Assembly (NCBI GenBank): GCA_963666055.2
Contig: CAXWPH010000002.1
Span: 224,001-288,000, forward strand
From: Acidobacteriota bacterium
GTDB taxonomy: Bacteria > Acidobacteriota > UBA890 > WLXD01
Reading direction: 5' to 3'
DNA: 64,000 nt
Position 1 is the stretch's first letter; each line of letters opens with the position of its first letter. The notes beneath the pieces were generated by a model. That model was not told the origin of the DNA. It did no database searches and worked only from the letters and a program-made list of their open reading frames with translations. The translations under genes were made by a program, and so were the position numbers. Positions 30,970-39,530 of this stretch are shown piece after piece.

Positions 30970-32606
30970 GCCTGTGGCGCGTGTCTCGAGGCGATCCGGT
31001 GGTGCACGTCAGACGAGCAGCCCTGCTTGTCGCCGCCGCGCAGCTGCTGACGGTCGGTCTGCTGTCAGCCCAGCAGGTACCCTACGAGCGGCTCGAGCGT
31101 GCCGCAGAGGAGCCCCACAACTGGCTCACCTATTCGGGAACCTACAAATCCGAGCGCTTCTCTCGGTTGAACGAGATCACGCCCGCCAACGTGACCGGCC
31201 TGAGCGTCGTTTGGGTCTATCAGACCAGCCCCGGGTTGGTGGAAACGACGCCGCTAGTGGCAGACGGAGTCATGTACCTGACCGAGCCACCGAGTACGGT
31301 CACGGCGCTCGACGTGCGCACCGGTCGGCGCATCTGGCGCTGGAGGGCGTCCGTCCCGGCGGAGGTCAAGCACATCGGCTTTCCGGCGGTGAACCGCGGG
31401 GTGGCGATCCTCGACGAGACCGTGTACGTGGGCACGCTCGATGGTCGAACGGTGGCCCTCGACGCGGCCTCCGGGGTTGAGCGCTGGAGCGCCCAGGTTG
31501 CCGACAACGACCTCGGTTTCTCGGTCACGGCGGCACCGCTGGCGATCGACGGCAAGGTGATCATCGGCGTGAGCGGCGCCGAGGCCGGCATCCGCGGCTT
31601 TATCGACGCCTACTCCACCGAGGACGGCTCGTTGCTGTGGCGCACCCATACAGTGCCGGCGGCGGGAGAAGCGGGGAGTGAGACCTGGGGCGGCGACAGC
31701 TGGATGACCGGTGGTGGCTCCACCTGGCTGACGGGCTCCTACGACCCCGAGCTGAACCTGCTGTACTGGGGGATCGGCAACCCGGCACCCGACTGGAACG
31801 GCGACGACCGGCCCGGCGACAATCTCTACACCTGCTCGTTGCTGGCGCTCGACGCCGACACCGGCGAGATTCGCTGGCACTTCCAGTTCACCCCACACGA
31901 CACGCACGACTGGGATTCCAACGAGATCCCGGTGCTCGTCGATCTGGAGTGGGGCGGAGAGATGCGGAAGGTGGTGACGATGGCTAACCGCAACGCCTTC
32001 TACTACGTGCTCGACCGCGAGACCGGCGAGTTTCTTCACGGCAGCGAGTACTCCAAGCAGACCTGGGCCGAGGGGCTCGACGATGCCGGCCGTCCGATCG
32101 TCATTCCCAATACCGAGCCGACCGAGGAAGGCACCCTCGTATGGCCCAGCCTGCAGGGCGCAACCAACTGGTTCAGCCCCAGCTACAGTCCGCTCACCGA
32201 GCTCTTCTACGTGGCCGTGCGGCATATGGGTGCCGTCTACTACAAGGGCGAGGCCGAGTACGAGCCCGGCATGCCGTTCATGGGCGGCGGCGAGCAGGCG
32301 CTCAGTGGCGACGATGCTGGTGGCTTCGTCAGGGCGCTCGACGTGCGTACCGGGGGTTTGCGCTGGGAGTTCCCACTGCTGACGCCTCCCTGGGCGGGCG
32401 TGATGGCGACTGCCGGCGGGCTGGTGTTTGGCGGCTCCGAGGAGGGCAACTTCTTTGCTCTCGATGCCAGCACCGGCAAGACGTTATGGGATTTCCAGGC
32501 CGGGGCGGCGGTGCGGTCCAACCCGATGGCCTTCGAGGTCGACGGCAAGCAACGAATCGCCATGTCGGCGGGTGACGCTGTCTTCGTGTTCGGACTCCGT
32601 GACTGA
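30966..32606 (+). CDS. PQQ-dependent dehydrogenase (alcohol dehydrogenase-like beta-propeller)
   Basis: NWLTYSG, ETTPLV, VNRG, YDPELNLLYWGIGNP, RPGDNLY, TPHDTHDWD, GATNW. Confidence 0.93.
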   Translation: MSLWRVSRGDPVVHVRRAALLVAAAQLLTVGLLSAQQVPYERLERAAEEPHNWLTYSGTYKSERFSRLNEITPANVTGLSVVWVYQTSPGLVETTPLVADGVMYLTEPPSTVTALDVRTGRRIWRWRASVPAEVKHIGFPAVNRGVAILDETVYVGTLDGRTVALDAASGVERWSAQVADNDLGFSVTAAPLAIDGKVIIGVSGAEAGIRGFIDAYSTEDGSLLWRTHTVPAAGEAGSETWGGDSWMTGGGSTWLTGSYDPELNLLYWGIGNPAPDWNGDDRPGDNLYTCSLLALDADTGEIRWHFQFTPHDTHDWDSNEIPVLVDLEWGGEMRKVVTMANRNAFYYVLDRETGEFLHGSEYSKQTWAEGLDDAGRPIVIPNTEPTEEGTLVWPSLQGATNWFSPSYSPLTELFYVAVRHMGAVYYKGEAEYEPGMPFMGGGEQALSGDDAGGFVRALDVRTGGLRWEFPLLTPPWAGVMATAGGLVFGGSEEGNFFALDASTGKTLWDFQAGAAVRSNPMAFEVDGKQRIAMSAGDAVFVFGLRD

Positions 32607-33414
32607 CTTCGCCGACTACTACGGCGCCGGCTACGCGGAGTTCGCCTCCGATCTCTACGCCGCTATTCGCGCCGAGGCGTTCGACGAGGACATCGGCCAG
32701 CACAGCTGGCTCACCGCGGCGGAGCAGGACGTGTTCATCGGGTGGCTCGCGGTCGGCGCGAGCTCGCTGCTGCTCGACGTCGCCTGCGGTTCGGGCGGAC
32801 CAACCTTGCGAATCGCCCGCCGAAGCGGTTGCCGTGTGCATGGAATTGACATCGAAGAGGCTGCGGTGCGGGCGGCGAATCGACAGGCGGAGGGCGCCGG
32901 CCTGGCTGCGCGCGCCCGCTTCGATACCCAAGATGCGAGCCAACAGCTGCCGTTCGCGGACGAGGCGTTCGACGCGCTGATCTGCATCGACGCGGTCACC
33001 CACCTGCCCGATCGGGCCCGTGTTTTCTGCGATTGGGCGCGCGTTCTGCGTCCCGGAGGGCGCCTTGTCTTCACCGACGCCGTCACCGTCAGCGGTGTGC
33101 TCAGCGCCGAGGAAATACGGGTCCGCGCATCCATTGGCAGCCTGTTCTTTGCTCCTCCCGGGCTCGACGGAGACCTGCTCGACGCGGCCGGGTTCAAGGT
33201 CGATCGTGTCGAGGACCGTACGGAGAACATGGCGAGCACAGCGGCACGGCGACACGCGGCGCGCGCCACCCACGAGGCGGACCTGCGACAGATCGAGGGT
33301 GGCGCGACGTTCGAAGGCCAGCAGGAGTTTCTCGCCATGGCGGCAAAGCTGGCTACCGAGCGACGGCTGTCACGGTTCGCGTTTCGCTGCCTGCGTCGGC
33401 GGTCCGATAGCTGA
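32599..33414 (+). CDS. Class I SAM-dependent methyltransferase
   Basis: LLDVACGSGG, GID, LPFADEAFD, RVLRPGG; GTG start overlaps the PQQ gene end. Confidence 0.9.
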   Translation: MTDFADYYGAGYAEFASDLYAAIRAEAFDEDIGQHSWLTAAEQDVFIGWLAVGASSLLLDVACGSGGPTLRIARRSGCRVHGIDIEEAAVRAANRQAEGAGLAARARFDTQDASQQLPFADEAFDALICIDAVTHLPDRARVFCDWARVLRPGGRLVFTDAVTVSGVLSAEEIRVRASIGSLFFAPPGLDGDLLDAAGFKVDRVEDRTENMASTAARRHAARATHEADLRQIEGGATFEGQQEFLAMAAKLATERRLSRFAFRCLRRRSDS

Positions 33415-33454
33415 TTGCAGTCCACCGAGCGCTGCGGCCTGCTAGGCGCCAGGT

Positions 33455-34306
33455 TTACTGAAAGAACTGCAAGCCGTGCCACACCGATGCCAGGATGGCG
33501 ATGGCGTTCAGCCCCAAGCAAACGAACGCGGCGACGAAGTGGCCGGCATGCTCGTCGCTGCGCGGATCGAGCAGCCGCGCCGCCAGGTAGCCGCCGCCAA
33601 ACCCGCCCAGGTGCGCCCAGTTGTCGATGAATGGCACGATCAGGCCGATAACCACGAAGATGCCGACCCAGCGCCATACCTGCTGGCCGATGCTGCTGGG
33701 ACCGCCGAGCCGGCTGTATACGACGAGGGCTCCGAAGAGGCCGAACAGCGGTGCCGATGCGCCGATCGTGAAGCCGGCGCCCGCCAGCGGGCCGAGGAAC
33801 GGGAACAGTCCCATGATCGAGGTGGCTGCGAAGCCGGCGGCGGCCGACGCGCTGTAGATGATCACCAGTCGACCGACACCGTAGAACTCGCTGACCGCCG
33901 GCATGAGCTGCCGCAGCCACATCATGTTCATGACGATGTGGAGCAGCCCGCCGTGCAGCCACGCCGCGCTCAAGACAGTCCACCAGCGGCCGTAGACGAA
34001 GACCGGCACCGCACCGCTGGCGCCAAACAGGAAAAGCGGCCGCTGGCCGGGCGACAGCATCGACAGCAGGCCACCCCGACCGATAGATGACGGGTCGCCC
34101 AGCAGCGTGATGACGAACAGCGCGGCGCAAACGAAGAGCACGATCTCGGTGAACCCGAGGCCGCGACCGAGCTTGTTGAGCAGCGGTGCGAACCCCCACA
34201 AGCCGGGGTTGAAGCGGCCGCACCGGAAGCAGCGATCGTCGCGCACCCCGACCAAGCTGCCGCAGCTGGGGCAGACGACGGAGCCGCTAGTCGGTCGGTT
34301 GAACAA
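33455..34306 (-). CDS. Rhomboid intramembrane serine protease with N-terminal zinc ribbon
   Basis: CPSCG...CFRCG; WLHGGLLHIVMNM, IGAS, AHLGG; TTG start inferred. Confidence 0.9.
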   Translation of the reverse strand: MFNRPTSGSVVCPSCGSLVGVRDDRCFRCGRFNPGLWGFAPLLNKLGRGLGFTEIVLFVCAALFVITLLGDPSSIGRGGLLSMLSPGQRPLFLFGASGAVPVFVYGRWWTVLSAAWLHGGLLHIVMNMMWLRQLMPAVSEFYGVGRLVIIYSASAAAGFAATSIMGLFPFLGPLAGAGFTIGASAPLFGLFGALVVYSRLGGPSSIGQQVWRWVGIFVVIGLIVPFIDNWAHLGGFGGGYLAARLLDPRSDEHAGHFVAAFVCLGLNAIAILASVWHGLQFFQ

Positions 34307-34740
34307 TCGTGGGTGTCCTAGTTGGGCGCTGGCGATCGCCCCAGGAGGGGGCGGCGCTTGCAGGGGAGCGGCGCTCGGGGAGGAATGTCGGTGGGCGGAA
34401 GTCGCCACTGTGCCAAGAGTGGCGCCAATAACCAAGCCGGGGCCGCGGCTGCCATCGAGAGCACGCGATGATGTCGACAGACCGGTGTTGTCCAGCGAAA
34501 CCGGTCGCCTGGCCCTTCAGGGGTCCCCGACAACGAGCCCGTCTGCCATCGTTGATCGGAACCAGAACACGCTGACTCACGCCGCTGCACGAAGCGTCTG
34601 CAGCGGTGGCCGCCATCCGAGTCTGATGGTGCTCGCCGGGCTAGACCCGGTAAGCTTTGATCGATAGTTGCGCTCTGTCCGACGCAGTGCTGAAGCAGCC
34701 AGTCGCGCTGCGGCGAGCACCACCATTTTTCCACCACCAC

Positions 34741-35721
34741 TCAGCCCCGCGCGCGCATCCGTGCCACCTCGGCCTCGGCAGCGATGTAGCCGAACGCGGC
34801 CCAGCTGGTACCGTCGAGAATGCGCTCGAAGATCTCGAGAGCGCGTGCCTCGTCACGGTTGTAGAGGTACCAGTTGCCCACGCCGTATCCCTGCGTGGCG
34901 ATGTTCAAGGCGACATCCGGATCGTCGACAGCCCGCAGGTCGAGTAGGTCATCGGGTTCCACCTCGCCCTTGTACATGAGCAGGCGCCGGTGGTACGCGT
35001 CGTTTTCCACCACATCCAGGTTGGCCGTGATCGGGGCGAGCAACTCGATGGCCTCGTCGTCGCGTCCGAGCCGACGCAAGCTCATGTACATCCAGTCGCT
35101 GGTGGCAACGAGCAGATCGGGGTTGTTCGAGACCTGCATGCAGCTCCGGTAGGCGTCCAGCGCTGCCTCGAAATCGCCACGCAGATAGTGCGCCAGCGCC
35201 AGGTGATACCAGATGTTGAACTTGTCGGTCGACAGCGGCGTGTTGAGACGGTTGGGGATGCCGTCCGGCTCGATGGCGTCGGCGAAGCCCGATGCGAGCC
35301 GCGCGGCCACCTCGAGGTCGGCGATGGCGTCGTCGAATCGCCGTAGCGAGATGAATCGGTGGCCTCGGTGGCGGCGCAGACGGTACGAGTCGGGATACAT
35401 CTGCAGCCCGTCGCTATAGATCGCCACCGCGTCGCCGAAGCGACCGGCGTACGCGACGCGCCTGCCGAGCCAGATGAGCGTGCCCTCATCGGGGTTGACC
35501 TCGTGTGCAGCGCGCGCACTCTCGATGTTGGCATCGAGCTCCGCAAGGCGTTCGGCTGTGGGTACGGGCGGATACAACGGCGTGCCAAGCAGCGATGTGG
35601 CCTCGGGTGCGGCGGTCGTTGTAGCGTCCGCGATCGGGTCTCCAGCGCGCCTACCGTCGTCGGCTGGTGAGCCGCCGCAGGCAGCAAGCGACAGAGCGAG
35701 CAAGCAGGTGAACGATCGCAT
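34741..35721 (-). CDS. TPR-repeat lipoprotein
   Basis: Lipobox LAAC; TPR-like helices (HRGHRFISLRRFDDAIADL, WYHLALAHYLRGDFEAA). Confidence 0.85.
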   Translation of the reverse strand: MRSFTCLLALSLAACGGSPADDGRRAGDPIADATTTAAPEATSLLGTPLYPPVPTAERLAELDANIESARAAHEVNPDEGTLIWLGRRVAYAGRFGDAVAIYSDGLQMYPDSYRLRRHRGHRFISLRRFDDAIADLEVAARLASGFADAIEPDGIPNRLNTPLSTDKFNIWYHLALAHYLRGDFEAALDAYRSCMQVSNNPDLLVATSDWMYMSLRRLGRDDEAIELLAPITANLDVVENDAYHRRLLMYKGEVEPDDLLDLRAVDDPDVALNIATQGYGVGNWYLYNRDEARALEIFERILDGTSWAAFGYIAAEAEVARMRARG

Positions 35722-35765
35722 CGTCGGTTCCTCGAGCTCAGGGGGGGTCGTGTTGCACAATGACC

Positions 35766-36044
35766 CTAACGGTCGGGACGCAGCGAAACCAGCGTTGCGC
35801 CCCAGCTCGATGCGTCGCCGGCGAGGCGGTAGGAGGTCACATCGTCGCGACGTTCTAGGGCGGCGTGGACGATGCGTCGCAGTGTGCCGGTGCCCTTGCC
35901 GTGAATAATGCGGATCTCGGTGATGCCGTGTTCGCGGCAGGCGTCGAGGTAATCGTCGACCAGCTCCTTGGCGTCGCGTGGGTGGAATGTGTGCAAGTCG
36001 AGAACACCGTCGATCGGCAGCTCGATGGCATCATCGTCGGTCAA
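35766..36044 (-). CDS. Small Smr/MutS2-domain protein
   Basis: LDLH, IIHGKGTGTLR, WGATLV. Confidence 0.9.
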   Translation of the reverse strand: MTDDDAIELPIDGVLDLHTFHPRDAKELVDDYLDACREHGITEIRIIHGKGTGTLRRIVHAALERRDDVTSYRLAGDASSWGATLVSLRPDR

Positions 36045-36057
36045 CTCGGCCCCCAGG

Positions 36058-36630
36058 TCAGGGACGTAAACGACGGTATGAATCGAAGTGGTGCACGGCG
36101 GTTCCACCGAAGCCCGGGATGCCGCTGAGTGCTTCGCGCAAGGCATCTAGCTCGCGCTCCATCGCGGCCGCGCCTTCTTCGCAGAACGTCAGCTTGTCGA
36201 GCTCGTCGGCGGCGGTTTGTACGCCGATCATAACCGGCCTCTTGGCCGCCGCACCGGCGACGAGCTCGCCGACCGTGTGGCGCAGGATCCCATCGCTGCC
36301 GACGGCGTGATCGCGATACGCCATCACGACGATTCCGTCGACACGCTCGATGACCTGCTCCAAGAGCGATCGCCCATCCAGTCGGTAGGTGTCGTGATCG
36401 AACCAGAATGGAATTGCAGCCCAGACAGGCAGTCCTCCGGCGTCGTCGGTGGGCACGTTCACCAGCAGACGGCTGAAGTTGTGGGCGCGCGCGAAGCGTG
36501 CCAGACCCGGTTCGGGGCGACTCCATACCCATAGGGCGTGAGGTGCCTGCTGGTCGCCCATCCCGGGTGGTGATCCCAGCAAGAGAACGATCATCAGGTT
36601 GCAGGTGACCAGCAGGTGGGGACGACGCAC
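36058..36630 (-). CDS. Hypothetical secreted protein, possibly internally deleted
   Basis: ALWVW, AIPFWFD, VMAYRD, IGVQT, AVHHFDSY motifs. Confidence 0.55.
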   Translation of the reverse strand: MRRPHLLVTCNLMIVLLLGSPPGMGDQQAPHALWVWSRPEPGLARFARAHNFSRLLVNVPTDDAGGLPVWAAIPFWFDHDTYRLDGRSLLEQVIERVDGIVVMAYRDHAVGSDGILRHTVGELVAGAAAKRPVMIGVQTAADELDKLTFCEEGAAAMERELDALREALSGIPGFGGTAVHHFDSYRRLRP

Positions 36631-36801
36631 GAATGGCTCCGACGAGTCTCGTTGACGATCGATACCTGCGGTACGCTAGCACCCTCTGCACACACGCTGA
36701 TGTCGAAGGAACCACGGGTGGCCTCGTCTGGCGGCAGCTGTCGGGCCGTTGGGACCCGCCCTGGACGGGGCCGGACCGAGACTGACAGAGAGGAACGCCG
36801 A

Positions 36802-37704
36802 ATGCACTCGAACGAACTGGAAACTGTGGCCGTCGACCGCGGCTACGGCAGTCAGAGCATGGTCGAGTCGCTGCGCCGCGTTGCGGTCCGGACACCCGGC
36901 GAGGCGTTCGCTCATGCCGACCCGTCGACCTGGCACTACAGCTCATCGCCCGACCTCGCTGCGGCACGTGCGGAGCACGCGACTCTGGTGGAGATTCTGC
37001 GCCACTATGGCGCCGAGGTGATCGAACACGAAAAATCCGCCGATGGCCTCGCCGACGCCATCTTCGTACACGACCCGCTGTTGGTGACCGACCACGGGAC
37101 AGTCGTTCTGCGCATGGGGAAGGAACTGCGGCGCGGCGAGGAGGAACTGCTGGCCGCCACGCTCGAGGACGCCGGCGTGCCCATCCTCGCCCGCCTGTCT
37201 GGCAACGCCACGGCAGAAGGCGGCGATCTTGTTTGGCTCGATCACGACACGCTAGCCGTAGGCCAGGGGTTCCGCACTAACGCAGAGGGCCTCGCCCAGC
37301 TCGAATCTATCCTCGCGCCGATCGGCGTGGCATGCGTCCCGGTACCGCTGCCGTTCCACAGCGGCACCGCAGCGTGTCTGCACCTGATGTCGATCATCAG
37401 CATGCTCGACGACGATCTCGCGGTGGTCTATGAGCCGTTGCTTCCGGTTCCGTTCTGGCGTCTCCTCCAGGATCGGGGCATCGAGATCGTGCCCGTGCCG
37501 GACGAAGAGTTCCCCACCCAGGGGCCCAACGTATTGGCGCTTGCCCCGCGGCGTTGCGTGATGCTCGAGAACAACACGCAGACGCGGGCGCGTCTCGAGG
37601 TGGCCGGATGCGAGGTGCTTACGTATCGTGGGCGTGAGCTCTCGCTCAAGGCAGAGGGTGGCGCGACCTGCCTGACTCGGCCAGTGTTGCGCTCTGCCTC
37701 GTGA
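36802..37704 (+). CDS. Amidinotransferase/DDAH/arginine deiminase family protein
   Basis: DAIFVHD, RRGE, EGGD, RTN, HLM, catalytic GGATCLT. Confidence 0.92.
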   Translation: MHSNELETVAVDRGYGSQSMVESLRRVAVRTPGEAFAHADPSTWHYSSSPDLAAARAEHATLVEILRHYGAEVIEHEKSADGLADAIFVHDPLLVTDHGTVVLRMGKELRRGEEELLAATLEDAGVPILARLSGNATAEGGDLVWLDHDTLAVGQGFRTNAEGLAQLESILAPIGVACVPVPLPFHSGTAACLHLMSIISMLDDDLAVVYEPLLPVPFWRLLQDRGIEIVPVPDEEFPTQGPNVLALAPRRCVMLENNTQTRARLEVAGCEVLTYRGRELSLKAEGGATCLTRPVLRSAS

Positions 37705-38969
37705 ACCCAGTACTCACGTCGTTGGAGCAGCAGGCGCTCGAGGCGTTCGACCTCGATGGCATGGTCGATCTGCTCGATCGTCTGGTGCGGGTCCGTAGCG
37801 TCGGCGGCAAGGAGTCGCCGGCGCAGCAGCTTGCCGCCGACTTCATGGCGGCGTCCGGGTTGGATGTCGACACCTGGTCGATTGATCTCGACGCGCTACG
37901 CCGTCATCCTTACTTCTGCGAGGAGATTCAGCGTGATTGTGCCCTCGGTGTGGTCGGGCGGCTGGGATCCGACGACGGACCGACGTTACTGTTCAATGGC
38001 CATGTCGATGTCGTCGGCGCGGGTGACGAATCCGACTGGAGCTCGCCGCCCTGGCAGGTGACCGTGCGTGACGGCGCGGTCTACGGTCGCGGGGCAGTAG
38101 ACATGAAGGGCGGTGTATGTGCCGCGATGTGCGCCGCCAAGGCTCTGGTGGACGCGGGTGTGCGTTTGCGGGGACGCCTGCTGGTCGCAACGGTCGTGGG
38201 TGAGGAGGACGGCGGTACCGGAACGTTAGCTGCGATCGAACGTGGTCACGTCGCCGACGCCGCGGTCATCATGGAGCCCACCCGCATGCGGATCGCGACG
38301 ACCCACGCCGGCGCGCTGAATTTCCGCATCCGTCTCAAGGGGCTCTCGGCGCACGCCTGCATGCGCGCTGAAGGAGTCAGTGCCGTGGACAAGCTGCCGC
38401 CGCTGTTATCCGCGCTCGCCGCGCTGGAGCAGCGCCGCACCGAGCGCTACGACAATCCATTGTTTGCCGCATACGGAATCCCTTTTCCGCTCTCCGTTGG
38501 TCGTGTGCAAGCCGGTGACTGGCCATCGTCAGTCCCGGATTGGCTGGAGGTTGAGGGGCGGTACGGTGTCGCCCCGGGCGAAAGCCTGGAGTCAGCGCGA
38601 GCGGAGTTTGAAGAAACCCTCGCGTCGCTCGGCGAGCAAGATCCGTGGCTTGCCGAGAACCCGCCCGCACTGGAATGGTGGGGAGGGCAGTTCGAGCCCG
38701 CCGAGGTCGATCCTCAGGCGCCGATCGTCGGCGCGGTCGCCGACGCCTATCGAGCCGTCAGCCAGCGCGACGCGGTGCTCGAAGGTATGACCTACGGCGC
38801 CGACATGCGGCTCCTGGTCAACGTTGCCGGCATTCCCACGGTGATGTTCGGAGCGGGCGATGTTCGCCAGGCGCACCGGCCCGACGAGTGTGTGCCGTTG
38901 GACGAGTTGAAGGAGTTAGCGCAGACGCTGTGTCTCACTGCGATGCGCTTCTGCGGCGTCGAGGGGTGA
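37701..38969 (+). CDS. ArgE/DapE family deacylase (peptidase M20A)
   Basis: NGHVDVV, GRGAVDMKGG, EEDGG, MEPT, AHRPDE; GTGA overlap with the upstream gene. Confidence 0.93.
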   Translation: MNPVLTSLEQQALEAFDLDGMVDLLDRLVRVRSVGGKESPAQQLAADFMAASGLDVDTWSIDLDALRRHPYFCEEIQRDCALGVVGRLGSDDGPTLLFNGHVDVVGAGDESDWSSPPWQVTVRDGAVYGRGAVDMKGGVCAAMCAAKALVDAGVRLRGRLLVATVVGEEDGGTGTLAAIERGHVADAAVIMEPTRMRIATTHAGALNFRIRLKGLSAHACMRAEGVSAVDKLPPLLSALAALEQRRTERYDNPLFAAYGIPFPLSVGRVQAGDWPSSVPDWLEVEGRYGVAPGESLESARAEFEETLASLGEQDPWLAENPPALEWWGGQFEPAEVDPQAPIVGAVADAYRAVSQRDAVLEGMTYGADMRLLVNVAGIPTVMFGAGDVRQAHRPDECVPLDELKELAQTLCLTAMRFCGVEG

Positions 38970-39000
38970 CCGGCTTCGAGGATCCTTGGAAGGCCTTCCG

Positions 39001-39040
39001 ACTAGTGGCCTGCAACGATCATCTGTTGCAGGCCACTAGT
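39001..39040. repeat. Perfect 16-bp inverted repeat with CTAG near both ends (mini-element or bidirectional terminator)
   Basis: ACTAGTGGCCTGCAAC-GATCATCT-GTTGCAGGCCACTAGT between convergent genes; contains the rimI stop. Confidence 0.75.
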
Positions 39041-39530
39041 TGTTGAGCAGGCGCACCATGGTCAGCGCGTCCTCGCGCGGATTCGGGTAGTAACCGCGGC
39101 GCACGCCGGCGCGGCGGAACCCGAGACGCTCGTAGAGGCGCTGGGCAGCATTGTTCGACATCCGTACATCAAGGCGACAGCTGTTGGCGCCGCGATTCTC
39201 AGCCCAGCGGAGCGCTGCCTCGATGAGATCCTGGCCGAACCCGAGGCGCCGATGGTCGGAGGCCACGGCGACGTTGGCGATCAGCGCGTTCTGGCGATCA
39301 GGACAGGTGATCAGGTAGCCGGCAACACCGCCGGCGTATGCGACCAGACAGAGCAGCTCAGGTGCTGTCAACGCCAGCTCGAATGCCGAGCGCGGCCACG
39401 GGGCGGCGAAGCTGTCGTTCTCGATGACGAGAATGGCATCGATGTCGGCGTCGCACATGCGTCGCAGCTCGGTGTGTTGCCCAGCGGCGGTGGGCGCGGT
39501 ACCGGCCCCTCTGCAGACCAGCGCGGGCAT
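39036..39530 (-). CDS. rimI: Ribosomal-protein-alanine N-acetyltransferase
   Basis: IENDSFAAPW, NVAV...RRLGFG, LDVRMSN, LYERLGF, RRGYY...EDALTM. Confidence 0.9.
   Translation of the reverse strand: MPALVCRGAGTAPTAAGQHTELRRMCDADIDAILVIENDSFAAPWPRSAFELALTAPELLCLVAYAGGVAGYLITCPDRQNALIANVAVASDHRRLGFGQDLIEAALRWAENRGANSCRLDVRMSNNAAQRLYERLGFRRAGVRRGYYPNPREDALTMVRLLNN

Noticed and set aside
34307-34740. ~430-bp gap between the rhomboid and TPR genes as ncRNA or small CDS
   Set aside because: No convincing frame, motif or recognisable RNA structure by eye.
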